Source: Tubulanus polymorphus (taxonomy: Eukaryota > Animalia > Nemertea). Taken from it: a stretch of 64,000 nucleotides of DNA. Below the pieces are notes generated by a model that saw only the letters and a list, made by a program, of their open reading frames with translations, was not told the DNA's origin and made no database searches. The DNA is taken from positions 19,998,150 to 20,062,149 of the forward strand of contig NC_134026.1 of NCBI RefSeq assembly GCF_964204645.1, in the 5' to 3' direction. The first letter of the stretch is position 1; every line of letters starts with the position of its first letter. Shown here in pieces: positions 46,320 to 56,710 of this stretch. The translations under genes were made by a program, and so were the position numbers.

Positions 46320-47168
46320 CTAGGCGCAAAGTTTTTCGATCATACGGTCTTTCATCTCTTCTTGAATTGTACAAAATTTGCAGTCAAATCGGTCACCGGG
46401 TCGACCCTCAATCGAAATAGTGCCGCCCCACAGTTCATGCCGGTGAATGACACGAATCGGAACTCGCGGATCGCTGGGCGCTGTTGTTGAGTTGTCTAAA
46501 GGAATTAGTTTCCACGCGTCGTTTGCGGTGGGCATATCTGTAGAAACGGAAGATGCGGAATCGGACGGAATCGGAATTTGATTATTAATGGCTACCGGTT
46601 CGACGGGTTTCCTCTTACTTATCAATACAGTTCTTGATACATGGTCTTCGTTCACGGACGGTTTCGTAATTGGAACAGAATCGGCAGGTTCCGGAATGAC
46701 ATCGTCGAGGTCATCGAACAATTTGGCAAATTCGATGTCCATGTCATCCAAGGTTAGTATCGGCATGTCTGCAAAATTTTCTTCATCTTTCGTTGTCGAT
46801 TTTACGGCCGCGGGTGCGGGGTCTGTATTTATTTTCGAGACCGCGCTTTTTAATACCGGTTTCGACTCCGATTCTTCGAGCAGCTTGATTAAGCCTAGGT
46901 ATTTCGATCCATTGTCTTTGAAAATCTTATAGTGTTTGGTTTCTATGTGAGCTTTCACCTCTTCCCGGTCTTCCGCTCCTTCACCGCGCGTCATACATCT
47001 ATAGAACCTCTTAAATATAAATGGAGACGAACCAGCCCGAGATTTGTACGGTGCACAATAAAACTCGAGATGTCTCTTCTTGTTGTAATTGGCAGAAAAT
47101 TTTCGCTTGCAATACTTGCAGTACCAATTTGCGGGTCGTCGGTTCTCTTTCATTGCGTTAGTCTTCAT
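46320..47168 (-). CDS. ORF3 of the Gypsy element: zinc-finger protein with acidic patch, not env-like (about 282 aa from the ATG after the splice acceptor)
   Basis: Open frame between pol and the PPT; WYCKYCKRKFSANYNKKRHLEFYC (C2H2-type spacing ending in Cys), degenerate second finger YRCMTR...KAHIETKH, acidic LTLDDMDIEFAKLFDDLDD, C-terminal H...CKFC; acceptor at 47177. Confidence 0.75.
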   Translation of the reverse strand: MKTNAMKENRRPANWYCKYCKRKFSANYNKKRHLEFYCAPYKSRAGSSPFIFKRFYRCMTRGEGAEDREEVKAHIETKHYKIFKDNGSKYLGLIKLLEESESKPVLKSAVSKINTDPAPAAVKSTTKDEENFADMPILTLDDMDIEFAKLFDDLDDVIPEPADSVPITKPSVNEDHVSRTVLISKRKPVEPVAINNQIPIPSDSASSVSTDMPTANDAWKLIPLDNSTTAPSDPRVPIRVIHRHELWGGTISIEGRPGDRFDCKFCTIQEEMKDRMIEKLCA

Positions 47169-47217
47169 GACTTCAACTGAAAGGAAAGAAAACAGGCCAG
47201 AGATTAGAACAACAGTC

Positions 47218-50200
47218 TCAGTCCCAACCCATGCGTTTGGGTGGGCGAATAGGACGCCCAGTTCTCGTTTGGTACGGTTGACAGTTGAGATTTGGATCGT
47301 CGCTAGGTGAAACATCGTTGCCTCGAGAAAAGACATCATTAGTTACGAGATACTCTTTTAATCGGTCACTATGGACGCATTTCTCCTTCCCGGAGGGAAG
47401 CCTGACACGAAAAATTACATCGTTAAAATTCTCAAGTATGGTACATGGCCCAGACCATAAGCATGATAGCTTTTTCGTTCTACCCGGCATTGTGGAAGGG
47501 GTATACAGCCAGACTCTAGAATCTATCGCAAATGTGTGTGGTTTAGATTTGACATTGTATTGTGTTTTGTTTCTTTCAGCTCGCTTATGAGTTTGTATGC
47601 GGACCTCGTGAAAAGACTCTGATAACCGGTGCTTCATTTCAATAACGTATTGACTGCTGATGACTGGAATTTCGCAGCGAGGACCACCTGTGATAACGTC
47701 AATGGGTAGGTCAATTTCGCGACCCAACATCAATCGGTTTGGGCTAAACCCAGTTGCATCGTGTATCGTCGCCCTGTACGCCATGGTGACGTATGGTAAG
47801 TGTTGGTCCCAGTCCATCTGGTTTTCTTCAACCTTAAAAGACAGACACATTAACAATGTTCGGTTATTACGTTCGATCATTCCATTCGATTGGGGTCGAA
47901 ATGCGGTACTTCTGGTTTTATGGATTTGAAGGAGTTCACACACTTCCGCCATCAATTTGGACTGGAAGTTTCGACCTTGGTCCGAATGTATGATTCTGGG
48001 GACGCCAAATCGAGTAATAAACTCGTCTACGAGTATCCGGGCGCAAGTTACTGCTTCTTGGTTCGGAATTGCGTATGCTTCGATCCACTTCGTAAAATAG
48101 TCACCAATAACTAATATATAGATGTTTCCATCATATGTTTCAGGTAATGGACCCAATATATCCATCGATACTCTCTCCATAGGTTGGCCTACCAGATAGT
48201 TGTTCATGGGTGCTTTTAATCTACTGGAGGACTTCTTTGAAGCGCACTTATCACACCCTCTACAGAAACACTTTACGTCATCACCGATACCGTGCCAAAA
48301 AAAACGATCGTGAACTAAAAAGAGGGTCTTTTTGACACCAAAGTGACCCCCGACTGCAGATGAATGAATATGGTCGAGGACTTGCTTCCTAAACTTTTCA
48401 GGTAAGATTAATAGAGTTGAGTCCGGGTAACCTTCTCTTCTCTTTATAATGTGTAAGAGCCCCTCAATCATTTTCAGATCATTCCAGTGGGTCCAATAAA
48501 ATTTGCAGGCAACACCTTGTGAGGAAACTTGATGCCATCCGGGGCGTTCATCATCTCGGATGTGAGCAAGGACCCATTTCAAGTCTCTTTCTTTCCCCTG
48601 TTCTAGTTTCATATTCTCGAGTGACCACTCTGACGACGGTAAGAACTCGCTGTAGGAATACGGCTTGTCGTTGTGAATTGTCATTTTCTTAACTGCTCGT
48701 TTCCTCACAGATATTGGTGTTTGTTTTTCAGAACAGATTCCTTCAATCCTCTCGCACTGACGACAGGGCATGCGCGATAGAGCATCAGCGTTACCATGGC
48801 TTCGACCCGGTCGGTGTACGATGTCGAACTGGTATGCACTCAGTAGAGATATCCAGCGAGCTACTTGGCCTTCTGGTTCTTTAAACGACATCAGCCACCT
48901 CAAGGATGAATGGTCAGTCCGGATTGTGAATTTCTTGTCGGCAAGGTAATATTTGAACTGTTTTACAAAGGCGACGACAGCTAAAAGCTCCCTGCGGGTC
49001 ACGCAATAATTCCTCTCGGCTTTCGTTAAACAACGGCTAGCACAGGCGATAATTCTCTCCTTGCCCTCTTGAACTTGACTGACGACACCTCCAATTGCGA
49101 ATGCTGACGCATCAGTGTCCAGGATAAACGGTAACCTTGGATCGGGAAAAGCCAGAACTGGTGAGTGAGTCAAAATTGACTTCAGCTCACGGAAAGCTTC
49201 TTCGCATTGGACATCCCATCTGAATTCCCTCCCCTTTTCCGTCAGCCGATGAAGAGGTTTTGCAGTTTCAGCGAACCCTTGGCAAAACGACCGATAGTAT
49301 GATGCTAAACCAAGGAAAGATCGAGTCTCTGTGACGTTTTTAGGAGTGGGCCAATTCTGGATTATTTCGATTTTGCTTTCTGAACATGATATACCATCAG
49401 CGGAGATATGGTGTCCAAGAAAATTGACTGACGTTCTAAACAGCTCACATTTCTTAGGTTTTAGTTTTAGGCCAGCCTGTCGCAGACACTTGAAGACAGT
49501 ACGTAGGTTGGTCATCATCCCAAGGAAACTACCAGCATGAACAATAACGTCGTCCAGGTAAACCAGAGCAATTTCTGGGATAAGACTTCTGAATACCTTT
49601 TCCATTAGCCTTTGAAACGTGGCACCACTATTCTTCAAGCCCATGGGCATCTTACGGAATTGGTATAGGCCTTTCCCGCCCACAACAAAAGCTGTCTTTT
49701 CCTTAGAGTTTTCGTGTACCTTCACCTGCCAGTACCCCGATGCTAGATCAAGGGTGCTGAGGTACTTCACGTCAGCCAGTGATCTGATAGTGTCGTTGAT
49801 AATAGGTAAAGGATAACTATCTGCCTTGGTTACAGCATTAACATCACGATAATCTAAACACAGTCGAATAGTGTTATCCGGCTTACGAACCACGACAATA
49901 CTGCTGCACCACGGACTATCAGATTCTTCAATCACGCGTGCTTTCAGCATGTCATCGACTAACTTATTGACTTCTTCTTGTGTTGCTAGGGGCAACCGCC
50001 GAAAGCGTTGTTTTGTCGGAACAGCGTTACCTACGTCGATGACGTGTGAAGTCTCTGAGGCCTCTCCAAGATCTAAATTAGAGGAGGCGAAAACGTCCGA
50101 AAATTCAGATAGTAGTTGTTTCACATCGTGACATTCATCAGTGGACAGACCTTCGCAACTCCGGTGGTACAAATCTTGTAGAAATTCAGGTAATTGGTCG

Positions 50201-51018
50201 TTTGAATTCGACGTTTTCGATGTACTAGTTTCAGTATATATTTTAGAAATTTGTCCGATTACCCCTAAGGGTGTCCCTTTATGAATGATCTTCGGATGCG
50301 AGCTAAGGTTCACCATACGAACAGGAATATGACTACTATTTATATTAACGACCTCTTTAGCGACGAGTACTTCTGGCCCTAGCCTCCAGTTGTTGCTAGA
50401 TTCTATTAAACCCCATTGTCCAGGTGGTAACGCCGTCTTTACATGACCCGATACCACAACTTCAGAATTCGGAGGTAAGACTAATTTCTCATAGTTACGA
50501 ACGTAGGTAGAGTTCTGTTCGAGATGGCCCGTCGGATTAGAAAAAGCTTGATTCCCCCGGCATGTCACAGTGCCGGTACCCGGGTGGATATGGCAGTCAT
50601 ATGCGACAAGAAAATCCATTCCTAGAATAGCATCATCTGTGATGTCAGCGACTATCACGTCCCACATTATGTTAGAAGAAAAGAGACCCAACGGAACTCT
50701 AGCTGTCCCTGCGACATCCAGGGAGCTATTATCAGCAGTATATAAATTATACTTTGTGTCCCTCAAGGTGAGTTTCTTCTTTTCGCTGATTTCAGAAAAT
50801 AATTTCTTACTCCACACTGTGAAGTGTGCGCCCGTATCTACTAAATACTTCGTGTCACGGCCGAGAATTCTTGCAGACAGATGTATAGATTCAGGTAAAG
50901 CATTCTCATATGAAAGAACCTTGATCTTTCCTGGCTGATTAAATTCGATAGGTAGGTGAGGATGTGTCTGTCCGGGTGTTACCCCTTCCCTCTCAGGAGT
51001 AACGGTATCTAGTTTCCC
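47218..51018 (-). CDS. pol: Pol polyprotein (aspartic protease, reverse transcriptase, RNase H, integrase), -1 frame to gag
   Basis: LVDTGA (PR), LDLASGYWQV / MPMGLKNS / YLDDV (RT), LDTDAS / RRELLA / TDHSSL (RH), HHCC plus D-D-E (SMDILGP, HSDQGRNF, ERNNRTL), GPY/F-like WSGPC module. Confidence 0.96.
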   Translation of the reverse strand, partial: GKLDTVTPEREGVTPGQTHPHLPIEFNQPGKIKVLSYENALPESIHLSARILGRDTKYLVDTGAHFTVWSKKLFSEISEKKKLTLRDTKYNLYTADNSSLDVAGTARVPLGLFSSNIMWDVIVADITDDAILGMDFLVAYDCHIHPGTGTVTCRGNQAFSNPTGHLEQNSTYVRNYEKLVLPPNSEVVVSGHVKTALPPGQWGLIESSNNWRLGPEVLVAKEVVNINSSHIPVRMVNLSSHPKIIHKGTPLGVIGQISKIYTETSTSKTSNSNDQLPEFLQDLYHRSCEGLSTDECHDVKQLLSEFSDVFASSNLDLGEASETSHVIDVGNAVPTKQRFRRLPLATQEEVNKLVDDMLKARVIEESDSPWCSSIVVVRKPDNTIRLCLDYRDVNAVTKADSYPLPIINDTIRSLADVKYLSTLDLASGYWQVKVHENSKEKTAFVVGGKGLYQFRKMPMGLKNSGATFQRLMEKVFRSLIPEIALVYLDDVIVHAGSFLGMMTNLRTVFKCLRQAGLKLKPKKCELFRTSVNFLGHHISADGISCSESKIEIIQNWPTPKNVTETRSFLGLASYYRSFCQGFAETAKPLHRLTEKGREFRWDVQCEEAFRELKSILTHSPVLAFPDPRLPFILDTDASAFAIGGVVSQVQEGKERIIACASRCLTKAERNYCVTRRELLAVVAFVKQFKYYLADKKFTIRTDHSSLRWLMSFKEPEGQVARWISLLSAYQFDIVHRPGRSHGNADALSRMPCRQCERIEGICSEKQTPISVRKRAVKKMTIHNDKPYSYSEFLPSSEWSLENMKLEQGKERDLKWVLAHIRDDERPGWHQVSSQGVACKFYWTHWNDLKMIEGLLHIIKRREGYPDSTLLILPEKFRKQVLDHIHSSAVGGHFGVKKTLFLVHDRFFWHGIGDDVKCFCRGCDKCASKKSSSRLKAPMNNYLVGQPMERVSMDILGPLPETYDGNIYILVIGDYFTKWIEAYAIPNQEAVTCARILVDEFITRFGVPRIIHSDQGRNFQSKLMAEVCELLQIHKTRSTAFRPQSNGMIERNNRTLLMCLSFKVEENQMDWDQHLPYVTMAYRATIHDATGFSPNRLMLGREIDLPIDVITGGPRCEIPVISSQYVIEMKHRLSESFHEVRIQTHKRAERNKTQYNVKSKPHTFAIDSRVWLYTPSTMPGRTKKLSCLWSGPCTILENFNDVIFRVRLPSGKEKCVHSDRLKEYLVTNDVFSRGNDVSPSDDPNLNCQPYQTRTGRPIRPPKRMGWD

Positions 51019-52058
51019 TGCTTCTTTGTGTAACTCGACTTGGATTGTTCCCATGGTCTATTGGGAGCTTGTCTTCGACCTCCGAGGTGGGGACAATTGA
51101 CTCGGATGTGGCCCTGTTGGTCGCAGTTAAAACATCTTCGATTTTCTGCAGAGGTTGGGTTCTGCGTTTTAATAGCCCGGACGTCAGCGGCCAACCGGGT
51201 AACAGCATCCGTCAGTTGTTGGATAGCCCTGGAATCATCAGAGTTCGCGACAGGCGTGGAGGTGACCGCGTTTATTTGCGACCTGACGTTCTCATGGTGT
51301 CGATTATTTTCCATCGCGTGTATGCTCTCTAATTCGAGCGCATAATTTACCAGTGCATCATATGAGCATGTATCCTTCTGATACATCAGAACCCGAGTCT
51401 CGACTTCTGGAAGGGCCTCGATAAAATGGTTCCGACAGAGGCGTTCCCTCTGTTTTGGGGTCAAGTCCGGATAGGCTAATCTTCCCATAGAAATGATCGT
51501 CTGACCAAGTTCCCTCAGCGACTCGCCTCGTTTACGTCGACGAGATCGTAATTCTGCAAGATGAATTTCTGCTCTATGGCTTGGTCCGAATCTACTCTCC
51601 AGAGCTGCACATAATTGAAAATAATTAGTTATTTTATCTCCCATCAGATTGCAAGCTAATTGTCTGGCAGCACCACGTAGATGAGAAAACAGCATATCAG
51701 CTTTAGTTGGCGAGTCCCATCCATTCAGACGAGACACTGTCTCGAACGTTAAAAAGTAATCATTCCACGGTTCATCACCATTGTAACACTCAGGTTTTAT
51801 TTTGCAGGTCAAAATACGGGACACTTGACCCGAAACATCAGTGTGGGAAGATCGAGACCTGTTCACTTCAACAGGTCGAGGAAACTCATCAACGACTGGA
51901 GCATCAGCGGGTCTAGCGGCCCCGGCATCAGGATAGTCTCCAGAACTTCGGTTTACGAGCTCAGCAGGCAACAAAGCTCTGTCTCCTAGGACCAAACTCT
52001 CGGAGCTACGACTCCGCGTCACACTTCGAGACATCCCTCGAGTTTCACGACGACTCAT
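51009..52058 (-). CDS. gag: Gag (capsid-like region plus CCHC zinc knuckle)
   Basis: 349-aa ORF; KPECYNGDEPWNDY...W...LRGAA capsid-like pattern; zinc knuckle CFNCDQQGHIRVNC. Confidence 0.9.
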   Translation of the reverse strand: MSRRETRGMSRSVTRSRSSESLVLGDRALLPAELVNRSSGDYPDAGAARPADAPVVDEFPRPVEVNRSRSSHTDVSGQVSRILTCKIKPECYNGDEPWNDYFLTFETVSRLNGWDSPTKADMLFSHLRGAARQLACNLMGDKITNYFQLCAALESRFGPSHRAEIHLAELRSRRRKRGESLRELGQTIISMGRLAYPDLTPKQRERLCRNHFIEALPEVETRVLMYQKDTCSYDALVNYALELESIHAMENNRHHENVRSQINAVTSTPVANSDDSRAIQQLTDAVTRLAADVRAIKTQNPTSAENRRCFNCDQQGHIRVNCPHLGGRRQAPNRPWEQSKSSYTKKQGN

Positions 52059-52281
52059 AATTGCGTTAATAGTATTTCCGGACTATACGAAAACCTATCG
52101 TATTAGATAAGAGAAACTAGAGTCATTTCACGCGTCACGCAATTTGTATGTATTTTAGTATAACTAACTAATGCGCCTAATGTTTAAGTGTTATTATATA
52201 TGGTAATCACTGTCATGGGAAGGGTAAGAGAACCAAAAAAAAATAGTGAATTTAAAAAAAAAAAGTCTCTGAAAGCAATCC

Positions 52282-52299
52282 ATCCCACCGCTGCCACCA
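52282..52299 (-). other. Primer-binding site complementary to the tRNA-Leu 3' end
   Basis: Minus strand TGGTGGCAGCGGTGGGAT, 3 nt inside the 5' LTR boundary; the plus strand ATCCCACCGCTGCCACCA matches the 3' end (with CCA) of metazoan tRNA-Leu(AAG/TAG) as recalled. Confidence 0.85.
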
Positions 52300-52302
52300 A
52301 TT

Positions 52303-53756
52303 TGTAGCCGGTACGCGTCCGCGATTTAGTGTCATCCTCTGGTAGCGACCGATAGGTGTCGTGATCTTCAGGTCTCCTCAATAAGCGTGGCTACAGGGTC
52401 CGCCTTGGTCCTGTAGTCCCGGGGAGTGGAACTACAAAGGGGAAATCCTCAGAAAGTTTCCGCCGAAGGGATGGACAGCTTCAGAGACAAAAAGTTTATA
52501 GTTCGTAAAAAAGGAATAGGAGAGAAGGAAGCGAGTGTCAGAGGTAAGTCTTAGCTATTGACCCAATTACACGGACCAGACAGGACAGGTGTCCGCCATG
52601 AGGTCTATCGAGTCAGGGCCCTTGACTCGATGTCGGAACCTCACAGTCACCCGAGCTCCGGCGCATCTTTTCCTCAGGTCCTCGAGGTGTAACATCATAT
52701 CGAGTGCCTCCCTGCACGATCTCCTCCTCCTGGCGTAGTATCTTGCCCCCATCTATGTGTCTAAAGACACCCCGACACTCGCCACTTCATTAAGAATAAG
52801 ATTTATAAACCTGGCCTCAAGAAAGTGGATCCTACTTCGTCCAGAAGCCACCCCCCACGACAGTGATAAGTCTTGTATTGAATAATATAGAAAATTATTA
52901 TTTCAGAAACGGATAACTACTGTATAATTTATATACATATTTACATATTGCACGTGAAGTTTTTATCACAATAATTGAATTGTACACCTCATTCAAATAA
53001 AAAAAAAGGTTAAATAAATTGTTTCAAAATAAATCATAATCTATCTTAGTTATAAATTATTTATAATCTATAAAAGGGCTAGTGCAAGGATCTCTCCTTC
53101 CTTGCAAAAATCCACGATTAATGACTCAATGGTCGCTAAATTTAGGCCCACGAAGACCCAAAATAATGCTCATGCCATGGCATAAAAGTAAAAAGGTAAA
53201 AGGAAAAAGCCGCCAGGTTGACTATTCCCGATGGATTAAAAATAGGTACATATCGTCGAGTTGACTAACGTCAGAGCCCGGCCTGACCTGGGTTGCCCCA
53301 GGCCAGGAGAGCGCGTGTTATTGTTTACCTCAAATCAATGTGGGTCGAGACGAGAGTGACGTTTGCGCGCGCTGACCCATTTTTATAGATTCCGCGCAGT
53401 GTGACGTCACCGTGCATGGAGGATGACGTCACACAGCACAAAAACATGGCCGCCGAGCAAAAGCTCCGAGTTTAAAAGTTTAGACGACTGTACAAATAGT
53501 AAATCGGGATCTTACATAGTAGAATAAGGTGAGAGCGAAAAGTGATCAACCTAAAGTTTTGATTATTAAAAGCTGAAATTAATTATACTACTATATGCAG
53601 AGAAAATGAGGTGCACAGAATGTGAAATGAAAGGGGCGAGCTAATTATCGCCCAAAAACATTACAATTAAAAAACATGAGGAGGGCTCCGTAGCGGAAAA
53701 ACAAACTATACATTAACGACAACATTTTAAACTATTTAACAGGAATTTCCGCTACA
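52303..53756 (-). repeat. 5' LTR
   Basis: Direct repeat of 44725-46178 (offset 7578); only 4 mismatches found by eye. Confidence 0.96.
53327..53431 (-). promoter_or_regulatory. LTR core promoter: two CRE palindromes, TATA box, Inr-like site and early splice donor
   Basis: TGACGTCA at 53424-53431 and 53402-53409, TATAAAAA at 53387-53380, TCACTC about 28 nt downstream (53359-53354), GAG|GTAAAC donor at 53328. The same motifs occur in the 3' LTR (45749-45853). Confidence 0.65.
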
Positions 53757-53904
53757 CATCTGTTTACTGTCTGCATAGTGTATGATCATAGAACTATTCT
53801 ATGGTATGATGCACCACGTAAATGAGGATCCACCGGCGTAAAAGCGAGACGGAACCTCTCGGAGCGAACCTACCAGTGCTCACCGAATCAGCATCGGATA
53901 GGGA

Positions 53905-54859
53905 AACAAATAGATTTCCTCGGTTTGACTATACACGAAAATCTGAACTGGAAAAATACACAAGAAAATTTCCCAAATTACTGGTATCATAAACAAAACT
54001 AAAAACATCCTTGACGCACAGAATTTACTTTCTCTTTACTACACCTTAGTCTATCCTCATTTGAACTATGGCTTGTTGGCTTGGGGTCACTCGCCTTATA
54101 ATAAAAAATGCCTCCTAATCCAAAAGAAGATTGTTCGAATAATCACCAACTCTAAGTACACTGCACTCACAGACCCACTTTTTAAAAATCTTGAAATCCT
54201 CAAAATCAATGATGTCCTCATCCTTAAAACCGCACTTTTTATTCAAAACACCATCAAATCTTCACCCCATTACTTTTCTAATTACTTCACCGCGGAAAAC
54301 TTGTCTCCTTTAGTCAACATCAGAAAAAGCATATATTTAGACCACGCATATTCTTTATTTTCAAAACAAACACCGCCAACCCCGCATCAAAATTCACCTC
54401 AAAACATTCTTTCAAACATCTGGCGAAAACTACCTTTTTCCAATGACATCCTACAAACAAGCAAACAAAATTTAAAACGTAAACTCATACCATATCTCAC
54501 CTCCGCCTACAATGATATCCATCAATGTAACAACTCTAATTGTTATAATTGCTCACTCTCCTGAACTCTAGCTTACTCATATAAACTCTCCTGAGATTAT
54601 CAAAAATCATCAACTCTCATTTCCTTCTCCTTTGTTTCTTCATTTCCCTTTCGTTTTTTTCCCTGGGTGCTTGCGACAGCGGCCTAAAGGCTTTGCTTAG
54701 CCCCCACTGAAAGCAACTGTTCTCTCTCTCTCTTTATAATTGTGCTTTTTTTTAAATTGTAAATTTTATTGTTTGTTTTGTCTCAACCTGTGTAGATAGC
54801 CCGTTATGCTTTCTGTGAAATAAATTTGAACTTGAACTTGAACTTGAACTTGAACTTGA
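53905..54859 (+). mobile_element. 5'-truncated LINE (CR1/L2 group-like) 3' end with (GAACTT)n tail
   Basis: Degenerate ORF2 C-terminus FLGLTIHENLNWK...YYTLVYPHLNYGLLAWG...QKKIVRII...TDPLFKNLEILKIND; AATAAA followed by GAACTT repeats at about 54828-54859. Confidence 0.8.
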
Positions 54860-54870
54860 GCTTAGTTCTG

Positions 54871-55072
54871 TACGAAAGCCCCTTGGCTTACGAGATAATC
54901 TTTTCACAATTTCTATGGAAGACCTCAGACGACATTCGAGATATGAGATATAACATATGAGATATTAGTCGAAAGTCGATTTATTAAGTCGAATTTCGAC
55001 TTATGTCGAATTTCGAGATAATAAGTCGAAATTGTGAAAAATGATCTCGTATGTCAACTAGGGGCTTACGTA
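54871..55072. mobile_element. MITE with TACG(A)AAGCCCC termini and 6-bp TSD GTTCTG
   Basis: gttctg|TACGAAAGCCCC...GGGGCTTACGTA|gttctg with extended internal inverted symmetry. Confidence 0.65.
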
Positions 55073-55576
55073 GTTCTGTGGCTCTAAAAAAAACTTTTAT
55101 TGATCAGCTGTGATTAAAGAATAAATTTTCCCTTGTCAGGTGAGTTTTCTGTCACGTTTTTTCTCGCAAGAATTTCGATTTTCCATATTAATGCAAGATT
55201 TCTAGCGCGGAGTGAAATCTCAGCATTTTCTCACAGAAAATAGATTTCATTAGCGTCGGGAGAAAATCTTGATTTTTTCTGAGTGAAAAAAATAGTTAAT
55301 GTCTATGATAATATATCATAATATTCAGTCAATTTTCAACCTACAAAAGCTCAGGATTCTACTGGATTATACAGTCGATTTAAAACTACGAATAATTGCT
55401 CATGAATCAAAATTGCATACTTTCCGTACCGGGTGTGCATTTTGAAGTTCTCTCGATATTCTTCCAGTGCTAGGATATAAAACGTCAACGAAAGTCAACG
55501 AAAACAGGTCAGGATAGCAACCTAGAAAACTCATTCATTGGCGGTGCCACTCTACTCTCCCGACCTCATAGCAAGA

Positions 55577-56710
55577 ATGGATTTTGACGGTGAACTTTAT
55601 TCAAACAATTCCGATTTTCAAAAACAATGTGTTAGAGATATTCTAACGTTGCCCGGGTTTTTTCGACAAAACTGCTATAGGAACGTATTGGATATCGGCT
55701 GTGGTAGCGGTGAGGTCACGAATTTTCTACAAAATAAGATCAACGGAGTTGACCGTATTTTTGCTTTCGATAAGGTAAAAAGGCATAGGCTTATGGTGGG
55801 ATATAACATCTCTTCCCCATGAAACGAGCTTTTTGATTTTGTTTAGATTTTGCGAAAGATTTTGTTTTCGGAAACAATGAACTTGATTATTATTTCAGAG
55901 TGCATCTATGGTTGAATTTGCTCGATCAAAAAATTCGAATCCTAAAATTGAATATTCCGTAGCTGACGTCACCAAACCCGAAACGTTCAAGCCGGAATGG
56001 CAACAGAAATTCGACCTGATAACATCGTTCCACGTTCTACATTGGACTAAGAATCAATACAAAAACTTAGAAAATGTAAAATCTTTGTTATCCCCGAATG
56101 GTGAAGTTTTATTCTATGTGCCGTACACGTCATCGATCATTTACATGTCTGATATAATGAACTCGGTAAAATGGTCTCCGTACTTTCAGGTAAACAACGA
56201 ACCAACATTTCCCACTTCATAAAATGTATTAGGTTTTTCGAGCCCTTTCGACGTTGTTACCGACGAACTGAGAATGTTTCGTGTTTGTAGGGATACACAC
56301 CGTCGTGGTCATTTAATCCCGATTGGGAAGAATATCGTGAATGGAGATATCCCGATGAAATCACCGGATACCGACGAATGGCTGAATCATTAGGTTTCAC
56401 GGTTAACCAATGCACGGAAGATGTTCAAAATTACATTTTCCCTGATCGTCAATCTGCAAAAGGTATATATTTGGAATTCCAAAATAAACTGCGTCATTCA
56501 CAAACAGGCATAGGGTTAACAGTCATCGTCGTATACTTTTTAGGTTTTTTCGGCGCAGTTTTGCTTCATTTGATGCGAATTCCAGACTCAAAATCGTCTG
56601 AATTTTTAGACGACGCGCTGGATCTATATTTGAAAAGTTTACCGCTGAACGAAAATGGAAAGATTCGATTTTATTCAAAACACGTCCTAGTGAATTTGCA
56701 AAACAAATAA
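55577..56710 (+). CDS. Class I SAM-dependent methyltransferase, juvenile hormone acid O-methyltransferase-like, copy 1
   Basis: Exons 55577-55774, 55899-56189, 56291-56462, 56544-56710; motif I VLDIGCGSG, FDKSASMVEFA, YSVADV, FDLITSFHVLHW, LLSPNGE. Confidence 0.85.

Larger units (their letters stand above)
44725..53756 (-). mobile_element. Full-length Ty3/Gypsy LTR retrotransposon (gag, pol, extra ORF3)
   Basis: TGTAGC...GCTACA termini, 4-bp TSD CATC (44721-44724 and 53757-53760), two 1,454-bp LTRs, PBS, G-rich PPT, uninterrupted gag and pol with PR-RT-RH-IN order. Confidence 0.97.

Noticed and set aside
46320-47339. ORF3 as env, or starting at the track's first codon (339 aa)
   Set aside because: No signal peptide, furin site plus TM anchor in the part after the acceptor; the hydrophobic stretch upstream of 47168 is just the translated polypyrimidine tract and pol overlap.
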